24,000 bases of DNA, from NCBI RefSeq assembly GCF_034424375.1, contig NZ_CP139965.1, positions 3,643,480 to 3,667,479 of the forward strand. Direction: 5' to 3'. This document shows positions 1 through 8,058 of this stretch, piece after piece; position 1 is the first letter of the stretch; each line of letters opens with the position of its first letter. The translations under genes were made by a program, and so were the position numbers. The notes beneath the pieces are model-generated. The model worked only from the letters and a program-made list of their open reading frames with translations. It ran no database searches and was not told where the DNA came from. Origin of the DNA: Paraburkholderia kururiensis (GTDB lineage Bacteria; Pseudomonadota; Gammaproteobacteria; Burkholderiales; Burkholderiaceae).

Positions 1-896
1 TCAACGCGATCTCGCTCGTGACCTTCATCGCCGCCGTGTTCTTCCTGCTGCATCGCGGCCTGCACCTCTCGATCGAGTTCACGGGCGGTACCGTGATCGA
101 GGTCCAGTATCCGCAGGCCGTGGACCTGGAGCCGGTGCGCGGCACGCTCGAGAAGATCGGCTACAGCGACGCGCAGGTGCAGAACTTCGGCACCTCGCGC
201 GACGTGCTGATCCGCCTGCCGGTCAAGCAAGGGCTTTCGTCGGCGCAGCAGAGCGACCAGGTGATGTCGGCGCTCAAGGGGCAAAACGCGCAGGTGCAAT
301 TGCAGCGCGTGGAGTTCGTGGGCCCGCAGGTCGGTAAGGAGCTGGCCACCGACGGCCTGCTCGCGCTCGCCTGCGTGGTGGCCGGCATCGTGATCTACCT
401 GTCGTTCCGCTTCGAGTGGAAGTACGCCGTGGCGGGCATCATCGCGAACCTGCACGACGTCGTGATCATTCTCGGCTTCTTCGCGTTCTTCCAGTGGGAG
501 TTCTCGCTCTCCGTGCTGGCCGCGGTGCTCGCCGTGCTGGGCTACTCGGTGAACGAATCGGTCGTTATCTTCGACCGGATTCGCGAGACGTTCCGGCGCG
601 AGCGCAAGATGAGCGTGATCGAAGTCATCAACCACGCCATCACGAGCACCATGTCGCGAACCATCATCACGCACGGCTGCACGCAGATGATGGTGCTCTC
701 GATGTTCCTCTTCGGCGGCCCCACGCTGCACTACTTCGCGCTGGCGCTCACGGTGGGCATTCTGTTCGGCATCTACTCGTCCGTGTTCGTGGCGGCGGCG
801 CTCGCCATGTGGCTCGGCGTGAAGCGAGAAGACCTCGTCAAGGAACGGCGCGAGCGGCACGACCCGAACGATCCGAACGCGGGTGCGCAGGTGTAA
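1..896 (+). CDS. secF: Protein translocase subunit SecF, 5'-truncated by the window edge
   Basis: The frame of ORF 18..896 is already open from position 3 (NAISLVTFIAAVFFLL...), so the true start lies upstream of the window. The sequence reads LSIEFTGGTVIEVQY...FVGPQVGKEL...SVNESVVIFDRIRE...MSRTIITHGCT, which is typical of the SecF periplasmic and TM domains. The stop is TAA at 894-896. Confidence 0.93.
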   Translation, partial: NAISLVTFIAAVFFLLHRGLHLSIEFTGGTVIEVQYPQAVDLEPVRGTLEKIGYSDAQVQNFGTSRDVLIRLPVKQGLSSAQQSDQVMSALKGQNAQVQLQRVEFVGPQVGKELATDGLLALACVVAGIVIYLSFRFEWKYAVAGIIANLHDVVIILGFFAFFQWEFSLSVLAAVLAVLGYSVNESVVIFDRIRETFRRERKMSVIEVINHAITSTMSRTIITHGCTQMMVLSMFLFGGPTLHYFALALTVGILFGIYSSVFVAAALAMWLGVKREDLVKERRERHDPNDPNAGAQV

Positions 897-940
897 TGCA
901 CTTGCCGCCGTAAGCGCATAAAAGCAGTCGGCGTAAAAAC

Positions 941-976
941 GAAGGCCGGTTCGAAAGAACCGGCCTTCGTGCTTTT
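941..976. terminator. Bidirectional rho-independent terminator between convergent secF and the MFS gene
   Basis: Perfect 12-bp stem GAAGGCCGGTTC (941-952) / GAACCGGCCTTC (957-968) with a GAAA loop. It is followed by GTGCTTTT on the + strand and preceded by AAAAAC, which gives a T-run on the - strand. Confidence 0.8.
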
Positions 977-1033
977 AAGGCGCCCGCCGTGGCACGCCGC
1001 CACGACGGACCACGTCCTCGACTTGATGCTCGT

Positions 1034-2324
1034 CTACCGAAACTGCAGCTTGCGCCGCGCCGCGATCAACGCAGCAATGCTCAATGCCGCAGCAAGCATC
1101 ACGTAGAACGCGGGCGCCACCTTCGTGCCGGTCGCGCGAATCAGCCACGCGATGATGAACGGCCCGAACCCGCCGAAGACGGTCACCGCGACGTTATAGG
1201 CGAGCGACATGCCGGTGGTGCGCGTCTGTACCGGAAATATCTCGGACAGCAGCCCCGGCAGCGACGCGAAGTAGCCCGTCATCAGCAAGCCGAACACGGC
1301 CTCGATGACGAGCAGCGTGCCGAAGCCGGGATGGGCGACCAGCCAGGCGAAGCCCGGCAGGATCAGGACGAAGAGCAACACGGCCGAGGCGAGCATGAGC
1401 CGCGTGCGGCCATGCACGTCCGAGAAGTGCCCGAACACGGGCGCGAGCACGAGCTGGATCACGCCCACGAGCATGATAGCCGCGAACGACACCGACGGCG
1501 ACAGCCCCAACTGCTTCACGCCGTAAGTGGGCATGAAAAGCACGAGGTACGTCGCGACGGTGCCGAGCACCACCGCGCCCATCGCGATCAGAAGGCGCAG
1601 CTTCTGCGAGGCGAACGTGTCGCGCAACGGTGTAGGGGTGGTTTCGGCGGCGAGGAACTCGGGTGTCTCGTCAAGGCGCGAGCGGATGTACCACGCCACC
1701 GGGCCGATCAAGAGTCCGAAGACGAACGGCACGCGCCAGCCCCAGGCGTCCATCTGCTGCGGCGTGAGCGCGCCGGAGAGGAACGTGCCGAAGGTAGCCG
1801 CAAGCAGCGTCGTGAGACCCTGGCTCGCGATCTGCCAGCTCGCATAGAAACCGCGCCGCGCGGGCACGTGCTCGGCGAGAAACGCGGTGGCGCTGCCGAA
1901 CTCGCCGCCGGCCGAAAAGCCCTGCACCAGACGCGCCAGCACGAGCACGATGGGCGCAGCCACGCCAATCGACGCATAACCGGGCAGCACCGCGATCACG
2001 AGCGTGCCCGCCATCATCAGCAGGATGGAAAGCGTGAGCGCCGCCTTGCGTCCGCGCAGGTCCGCATAGGCGCCCAGCACGATGGCACCGAGCGGCCGCA
2101 TGAAGAACGACACACGACACGCCGAAGGTGCCGAGCGTGAGCAGCAGCGAAACCGTATCGTTGCCGGCGGGAAAGAAGAGCCGCGAGATGACGACCGCAA
2201 AAAAGCCGTAGACGACGAGATCGAACCATTCCAGCGCGTTGCCGATGGATGCCGCCACGATCAGCCGCCAGGAGCGGCTACCGGTGGCGACAGCCGGCGG
2301 GATTGCCGTCATGCCTCTGTTCAT
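1034..2324 (-). pseudogene. Metabolite:H+ symporter (MHS) family MFS transporter (KgtP/ProP/CitA-like), frameshifted
   Basis: The N-terminal 70 aa (MNRGMTAIPP...IGNALEWFDLVVYGFFAVVISRLFFP...LTLGTFGVS) lie in the frame of ORF 1671..2324. The rest (FFMRPLGAIVLGAYADLRGRK...VQGFSAGGEFGSATAFLAEH...) lies in the frame of ORF 1034..2200. The frames switch exactly at a 7-bp tandem duplication at 2107-2120. ATG is at 2324-2322 with a GGAGG SD at 2331-2335. Removing one repeat copy gives 1284 nt (427 aa). Confidence 0.85.
2107..2120 (-). repeat. Perfect 7-bp tandem duplication at the MFS frameshift point (ACGACAC x2 on +, GTGTCGT x2 on the coding strand)
   Basis: Read directly: 2107-2113 ACGACAC and 2114-2120 ACGACAC. 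With one copy the coding strand reads GGC GTG TCG TTC TTC ATG CGG = GVSFFMR, a continuous MHS-family motif. Confidence 0.95.
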
Positions 2325-2479
2325 CGCAACCTCCGTGTGTGTGTCGTTCTAGTAGTGACCGGTACTGACCGCCTTCTTTGCTGCTCCGTGGTTTGCAGCC
2401 GCTCGATTTGCAGCTTCCATGCCCGCGCACTTGCGGCGCGCGCCTGTGTGGTTCGTTCCGCTCGTGCCGTCGGCTCAAA

Positions 2480-2512
2480 CGCGGGGCCGCTCGCCAACAG
2501 CGCCGCCCCGCG
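2480..2512 (-). terminator. Possible weak terminator hairpin downstream of the b561/YceI operon
   Basis: 8-bp GC stem CGCGGGGC (2480-2487) / GCCCCGCG (2505-2512) sits immediately after the YceI stop at 2519. On the - strand it is followed only by TTT, so the U-tract is poor. Confidence 0.35.
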
Positions 2513-2518
2513 CGATGC

Positions 2519-3106
2519 CTATTGCTTGATGCCTTCGGCCTGAATGTGCAGCGTCGTCTGCATGCTGAAGCCGTAGTCCCTGCCGAACGCGAGGCCATAG
2601 TCCGAGCGGTCGAACGTGGCGCTCGCCTCCACGCCGCAGACCTCGCGCTTGTACAACGGGTGCGGCATGCACTTGAACGACTCGATCTTCAGCGCGAGCG
2701 GCTTCGTTACGCCGTGCAGCGTGAAATCGCCATCCACTTCCACGGGCCGGTCGCCGTCGAAGCGAATCCGCGTGCCCTTGTAGACGGCCTTGGGATATTT
2801 CGTGACGTCGAAGAACTCGGCCTCCTTCAGGTGATCGTCGAGCTTGGTGTTGCCGGTATCGATGGAGGCGACGTCGACGGTCACGTCCACCGTGCCCGTC
2901 TTCGCCTGACGGTCCAGCGCGACCGTGCCCGAGGTCTTCGTGAACTTCCCGCGCCAGATCGAGAGGCCGCCTAAGTGATCGGCCTCGAAGCTCGGATAGG
3001 TGTGGGTGGGGTCCAGCATATAGGTGTCGGCGGCGAACACGCCGGCCGAAGCGAACGACAGCGACGCGCCGAGCGCCGCCATGGCAAACCGCTGTGATTT
3101 CTTCAA
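2519..3106 (-). CDS. YceI family periplasmic (polyisoprenoid-binding-like) protein
   Basis: 195 aa. TTG start at 3106 lies 7 nt after a strong GAGGAGGG SD. The signal peptide is [27 protein letters not shown]. YceI-like motifs are present: [51 protein letters not shown]. Confidence 0.9.
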   Translation of the reverse strand: MKKSQRFAMAALGASLSFASAGVFAADTYMLDPTHTYPSFEADHLGGLSIWRGKFTKTSGTVALDRQAKTGTVDVTVDVASIDTGNTKLDDHLKEAEFFDVTKYPKAVYKGTRIRFDGDRPVEVDGDFTLHGVTKPLALKIESFKCMPHPLYKREVCGVEASATFDRSDYGLAFGRDYGFSMQTTLHIQAEGIKQ

Positions 3107-3169
3107 GTCCTGCCCTCCTCAAAGACAATCGACGACACGAAACACCGCGACGCCCAGCAGCAACGCCAC

Positions 3170-3757
3170 CTATTTGCGCGCGGCAACGATGTGAAACTTG
3201 ATGACCACTTCGTCGGCCACGGTCGAGGTGTCCTTCCAGTCGCCCGTGCCCACGTCGAACTGCAGGCGGTGAATCGGCAGCGTGCCGTCGAAGACCTGCA
3301 TCGAGCCTTGCTGTGAATACGCGACCGGCACCACCACGGTCTGCGACTTGCCCTTGATCGTGAGCTTGCCTGTCACCTTGTACTGGTTGCCGCCCGCCGG
3401 CGCGATGGCGCTGGAGACGAAGGTGGCCTGCGGCCAGGTCTTCGCGTCGAACCAGTCCTTGCCGCGCACCGAGTCGTTGAAGCTTTCGTCGCCCAGGTCG
3501 TAGCTGGCCACGTCCACGGTGAACTGGGCGCTGCCCGCGGCAGGCTTCGCGGGATCGAAGCTGAGCTGCGCGGTGAATTTCCTGAACCGGCCTTCCACCG
3601 GCACGTTCATCTGCTTCGAGGTCGCGGTAATCGAACTCTTCGCGAGATCGACCTGGCTTGCCGCGCCGGTGTCGGCGAGCGCGCGGCCCGGCGCCGCAGC
3701 GTTGAGAGAAGCCGCGGCGAACACGGCCAGCATGTAGCGATAGAACGAACCCTTCAT
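3170..3757 (-). CDS. YceI family periplasmic protein (second paralog)
   Basis: The internal ATG at 3757-3755 gives 195 aa starting MKGSFYRYMLAVFAAASLNAAAPGRALA (signal peptide). This is followed by SSITATSKQMNVPVEGRFRKF...FTVDVASYDLGDESFNDSVRGKDWFDAKTWPQATF...GKLTIKGKSQ. The 5' extension of ORF 3170..4159 overlaps the b561 gene and is Arg/Ala junk. Confidence 0.88.
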   Translation of the reverse strand: MKGSFYRYMLAVFAAASLNAAAPGRALADTGAASQVDLAKSSITATSKQMNVPVEGRFRKFTAQLSFDPAKPAAGSAQFTVDVASYDLGDESFNDSVRGKDWFDAKTWPQATFVSSAIAPAGGNQYKVTGKLTIKGKSQTVVVPVAYSQQGSMQVFDGTLPIHRLQFDVGTGDWKDTSTVADEVVIKFHIVAARK

Positions 3758-3765
3758 GTTTGCCC

Positions 3766-4326
3766 TTATTTGAGGAACGGAATCATGCGCGACAGCAGGC
3801 CGTCGCGGTCCAGCCATTGATGCTTGATCGCCGCCGCCACGTGCAGCACCACGAGCCCGGCGAGCGAGTAATCGAGCGTGACGTGCACCGTGCGAAACAC
3901 CGTCTTCAGCACGGGATCGGGGCCGATCAGCATGGGCAGCTGCACGAGCCCCAGATACACGACCGGCACGTTGGCCGCGGAACTGAACAGATAACCCGAG
4001 ACCGGAACGGCCACCATCAGCACATAGAGCAGCACGTGCACGCCGTGGGCGAGCACGCGTTGCCAGCCCGGCATACGGCGCGGCAGCGGCGGCGCCCGGT
4101 GCGTGGCGCGCCAGACGATGCGCAGCACGGCGAGCGCGAACACCGTCACGCCGATCCACTTGTGCCAGGAGTAATAGCGAAGCTTGGTGGGCGTGAGGCC
4201 CGGGATGCCGGTCATCACCCAGCCGAGCGCGAAGGCACAGACGATGAGAAGTGCGATCAGCCAGTGGAACCCGATTGCCGTGCGGGTGTACGGCTCGGGC
4301 GAGCCAAAGTAAGGACGGGATGGCAT
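3766..4326 (-). CDS. Cytochrome b561 family (CybB/YceJ-like) membrane protein
   Basis: 186 aa with ATG at 4326. It has four hydrophobic helices with conserved His positions: TRTAIGFHWLIALLIV, SWHKWIGVTVF, AHGVHVLLYVLMV, LHVAAAIKHQ. The stop lies 9 nt upstream of the next YceI start, so this is the first gene of a three-gene operon. Confidence 0.88.
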   Translation of the reverse strand: MPSRPYFGSPEPYTRTAIGFHWLIALLIVCAFALGWVMTGIPGLTPTKLRYYSWHKWIGVTVFALAVLRIVWRATHRAPPLPRRMPGWQRVLAHGVHVLLYVLMVAVPVSGYLFSSAANVPVVYLGLVQLPMLIGPDPVLKTVFRTVHVTLDYSLAGLVVLHVAAAIKHQWLDRDGLLSRMIPFLK

Positions 4327-4898
4327 GACGATCCGGACGCTAACGCATTACGTTCAACGTGGCAGCCGGCGCGCTTATTCCGTCCGTCAGGCAAAATGCG
4401 GAGCGCGAAGGCCGCCGCTCATGCCGCGCTGGCGTCCGGGGAAGCGAGGACACCACGCAGCCCTGCAAACGGCGAATGACCCGGTACGGTACGAAAAGCT
4501 TCCGCAGAAAGCGGCCGCGGAAACAGCGGACAACAGCCGGGGATGTCAAGGCCGCCATGCTACTCCAGCCCGGCGCCGTCCGGCATGAAGACTCGCAGAC
4601 CGGCACAACGGAACGAAAAGAGCGCGCGAGGGTCGATATTCCGGCATTCGGCACGGTCCGGCGCCCGCCGCTTCGCCCGGCCCGCCGCGCTCGCCGCCGC
4701 AGCCTTGATGTGCGTGGCAGCAGGCGGGTTTGGTAACATGGTGGCGCCTTCTGGACCGTCCAGCCGGTCTGTAACGCGACACGGCGCCCCGCACGGCCAG
4801 TTTCGATGCGGGGCTCCTCGCAGACGATCAGGCCATCCCGCCCACTTGGGCCCTTCAGGCCGGTCAAACCGCTTAGGCCGTTTATCCAGCACGCCCAC

Positions 4899-5663
4899 AT
4901 GGAACGAGACAATCTGATCGCATGTCACGAGTGCGACGCGCTGTTCCGCAAGCCGCTGCTGCGCGCCCGGCTCACCGCGCGCTGCCCGCGCTGCGGCGCC
5001 GTGCTCTATCACGGCTCGTCCGCGCAACTGGACCGCATCTGCGCGATGACGCTCGGTGCGCTCATCACGTTCATCATTGCCCAGTCGTTTCCGATCCTCG
5101 AACTCGACGCGAACGGCGTCACCTCTCGCTCCAGCCTGTTCGGCGCGCTGGTCGTGCTGTGGGAAGAGCACATGGAGCTCGTCGCCGTGATGGTGTTCTG
5201 CTCCACGATCCTGTTCCCGCTGACCGAGCTGGTCGCCCTGCTCTACGTGCTGCTGCCCGTGCGCCAGGGCCACGTGCCACCGGGCTTCAACCGCGTGCTG
5301 CGCGCCATCCAGTTCGTGCGGCCCTGGGGGATGATCGAGGTCTTCATGCTGGGCGTGCTCGTCACCATCGTGAAGATGGTGAGCCTCGCGCGCGTGATTC
5401 CCGACGTCGCGCTGTTCGGCTTCGGCGCGCTCACGCTGATGTCCACCGTGGTCGTGACCTTCGATTCGCGCACGCTCTGGGACATCGCCGACGAACTGCG
5501 CGCCCGCCACGGCTCGAGCCAGCGCGGGCGGGTGAGGCCATCGCGGCCGTCGGGCGGTCGCCACGGCGGCAGTCCTGGCGGCAAATCGGGCAAAAAAGCG
5601 AGCGGCAGCGCGGGCGCCGTGCCCGGCCGCCGTCCCGCCGCGCTCGCAGCGCGCAAGGACTGA
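4899..5663 (+). CDS. pqiA: Paraquat-inducible protein A family membrane protein (equivalent to the N-terminal half of E. coli PqiA)
   Basis: ATG at 4899 gives MERDNLIACHECDALF...RCPRCGAVL, a CxxC...CxxC zinc-ribbon-like motif, followed by TM helices (ITFIIAQSFPILELD..., RPWGMIEVFMLGVLVTIVKM). The upstream part of ORF 4806..5663 looks non-native. A Gly/Ser/Arg/Lys-rich tail of about 54 aa ends the protein. No clear SD is present. Confidence 0.82.
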   Translation: MERDNLIACHECDALFRKPLLRARLTARCPRCGAVLYHGSSAQLDRICAMTLGALITFIIAQSFPILELDANGVTSRSSLFGALVVLWEEHMELVAVMVFCSTILFPLTELVALLYVLLPVRQGHVPPGFNRVLRAIQFVRPWGMIEVFMLGVLVTIVKMVSLARVIPDVALFGFGALTLMSTVVVTFDSRTLWDIADELRARHGSSQRGRVRPSRPSGGRHGGSPGGKSGKKASGSAGAVPGRRPAALAARKD

Positions 5664-5670
5664 CGCCGCG

Positions 5671-6375
5671 ATGAAATACGTCACGGCCAGGCGTGCCGGC
5701 CTCGTTTCGTGCCATGCGTGCGGGCGCGTGCAGCCCTGGCTGCGCTCCGTCGGCAAACAGCATTGCTCGCGCTGCGACGCGGTGCTGCACCGGCGCAATC
5801 CCGACAGCCTCATGCGCACCTGGGCGCTGCTCGCCGCCGCCGCTATCCTCTACATTCCGGCCAACCTGCTGCCCATCATGCATACGTCCTCGCTCGTAGG
5901 CAGCGACGACAACACGATCATGAGCGGCGTGGTCTACTTCTGGACCTCGGGCGAATGGCCGCTCGCCGTAATCGTGTTCGTGGCGAGCATCGTGGTGCCC
6001 ATGCTCAAGCTGTCGGTGCTCACGCTGCTCACGCTCACCGCGCAGCGCCGCTCCGCGTGGCGGCCCAACGAACGCGTGCGGCTCTACCGCATCGTCGAGT
6101 TCATCGGTCGATGGTCGATGCTGGACGTCTTCGTGGTCACCATGACCGTGGCGCTGGTGCGCTTCCAGTCGCTGGCGGTCATTACGGCGGGGCCCGGCGC
6201 GCTGGCATTCGGCTCGGTCGTGATTCTCACCATGATCGCCTCGATGCAGTTCGACCCGCGCCTGATCTGGGACGCGGTCGAGGAAGACGGGCCGTGGGCG
6301 GGCTCAGTGTCGTCCGCGCCGGCCTCGCCAACCAAAAACAAACAATCACCCTCACCAGAGGATCCTGCTTCATGA
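5671..6375 (+). CDS. pqiA: Paraquat-inducible protein A family membrane protein (equivalent to the C-terminal half of E. coli PqiA)
   Basis: 234 aa. It has a second CHACG...CSRCDAVL motif, then ILYIPANLLPIMHTS...GRWSMLDVFVVTMTVALV. Its TGA stop (6373-6375) overlaps the pqiB ATG (6372) as ATGA. Confidence 0.88.
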   Translation: MKYVTARRAGLVSCHACGRVQPWLRSVGKQHCSRCDAVLHRRNPDSLMRTWALLAAAAILYIPANLLPIMHTSSLVGSDDNTIMSGVVYFWTSGEWPLAVIVFVASIVVPMLKLSVLTLLTLTAQRRSAWRPNERVRLYRIVEFIGRWSMLDVFVVTMTVALVRFQSLAVITAGPGALAFGSVVILTMIASMQFDPRLIWDAVEEDGPWAGSVSSAPASPTKNKQSPSPEDPAS

Positions 6376-8058
6376 ACAGCACGCAAGGACCCACGCCGCC
6401 GGAACCAGGCGAGCCACAGGACCCGCGCCCCGCACACGGAGCCGGCGCGTCTGTGCCGCCCGCTATGCCGCCCGAGCTTCCGGACCCCGACGTCGAGCCG
6501 CCCCGCCGCTGGCTGCCTTCGCTCGTCTGGATCGTGCCGCTGCTCGCCGCGCTGATCGGCGTGGCGCTCGTCGTGAAGTCCGTGCTCGCGCAAGGGCCCA
6601 ACATCACGATCAGCTTCGTGAGCGCCGAAGGGCTGGAGCCCGGCAAGACCCAGGTCAAGTACAAGGACGTCAACATCGGATCGGTGAAATCGATCCGGCT
6701 GTCGAAAGATCTCTCGCACGTGCTGGTGCAGGTGGAACTCACCAAGGAAGCCGAGAACTTCGCGGTAAAGGACAGCCGCTTCTGGATCGTGCGTCCGCGC
6801 GTGGGTACGACGGGCGTGTCCGGGCTCGGCACGCTGCTTTCGGGCGCCTACATCGGCGTGGATGCGGGCCGCTCCAGCGAAAGCGAAACGAATTTCGTCG
6901 GCCTCGAAACCCCGCCGCCCGTCACCATCGACCAGAAGGGCCACCAATACACGCTGCACGGCGACTCGCTCGGCTCCATCGACATCGGCTCGCCCATCTT
7001 CTATCGCCGCGTGCAGGTGGGCCAGGTCACGGGCTTTTCGCTGGACAAGGGCGGTACGGGCGTCACGGTGCAAGTGTTCGTCTCCGCGCCCTACGACCAG
7101 TACGTGGGCACCAACACGCGCTGGTGGCATGCAAGCGGCGTGGACCTGCGGCTCGACGCCAGCGGCCTCAAGCTCAACACGCAGTCGCTCGCCACGGTGA
7201 TCGTGGGCGGCCTCGCATTCCAGGCGCCGCCCGGCCAGGCCGCGGGCCCCAACGCGCCCAACGGCACGATGTTCCGGCTCGGCGCCGACGAGAGCGACGC
7301 GATGCGCGAGCCCGACGGCATTCCGGTGCGCGTCGTGATGAACTTCAACCAGTCGCTGCGCGGCCTGTCGGTGGGCGCGCCCGTCGACTTCCGCGGCATC
7401 GTGCTGGGCCAGGTGACCGACATCGGCGTCGACTACGATCCGAAGACGCACGAGTTCACGATGCCGGTCACGATGGACCTCTACCCCGACCGCCTGCGCC
7501 GCCACTCGCGCAACCAGATGCCGATGCAAAGCACGCCCGAGGCGAGCGAGATGCTGAAGACGCTGGTGAAGCACGGCCTGCGCGGCCAGCTGCGCACGGG
7601 CAACCTGCTCACCAACCAGCTCTACGTCGCGCTCGACCTGTTCCCGAAGGCGCCCCCCCGCCACCGTGGACGTCACGCGCGAACCCATCGAGCTGCCCAC
7701 CATTCCGAATACGCTCGACGAACTGCAACTGCAGGTGGCCGACATCGCGAGGAAGCTCGACAAGGTGCCGTTCGACCAGATCGGCACCAACCTCAACAGC
7801 GCGCTCAAGAACGCCGACCGTCTGTTCTCGCGGCTCGACACCGAAGTGGTGCCGCAGGCGCGCGACACGCTCTCGGCCGCGAAGCAGACCTTCGGCGCCG
7901 CCGAAGCCACGCTCCAGCAAGACTCGCCGCTGCAGTCCGACGTGCACCAGGCGCTGCAGGAACTCACGCGCACGCTGCAGTCGCTCAACGCGCTGTCCGA
8001 TTACCTCGAACGCCACCCCGAATCGCTGCTGCGCGGCAAGCCGGGAGACAAACCATGA
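6372..8058 (+). pseudogene. pqiB: Intermembrane transport protein PqiB (multi-MCE-domain protein), interrupted by a +1 frameshift in a C7 tract
   Basis: The N-terminal part runs from 6372 and reads MNSTQGP...WLPSLVWIVPLLAALIGVALV (TM anchor). MCE-like repeats follow: ITISFVSAEGLEPGKTQVKYKDVNIGSV, HGDSLGSIDIGSPIFYRRVQVGQV, NFNQSLRGLSVGAPVDFRGIVLGQV. Homology continues in the frame of ORF 7666..8058 (ATVDVTREPIELPTIPNTLDELQ...LSDYLERHPESLLRGK). The frames switch at CCCCCCC 7653-7659. Removing one C gives 1686 nt (561 aa). Confidence 0.85.
7653..7659 (+). repeat. C7 homopolymer at the pqiB frameshift
   Basis: Read directly: GCG CCC CCC C GCC ACC GTG GAC. With six C the reading is K A P P A T V D V T R E P, continuous with the downstream PqiB C-terminal region. 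Confidence 0.95.

Noticed and set aside
989-2140. A 383-aa + strand ORF opposite the MFS transporter, plus other long off-frame ORFs (4560..5819 -, 12250..13734 -, 14332..15621 + part, 19443..21080 -, 21197..22345 +, 22414..23352 -, 23172..23954 -).
   Set aside because: All overlap genes with strong homology-type evidence. All translate to low-complexity Arg/His/Asp/Gly-rich sequence and none has a plausible SD or start context.
3758-4159. The N-terminal 134-aa extension of the second YceI ORF (3170..4159).
   Set aside because: The extension overlaps the cytochrome b561 gene in another frame and is Arg/Ala junk. The internal ATG at 3757 gives a canonical signal peptide and a length matching the paralog.
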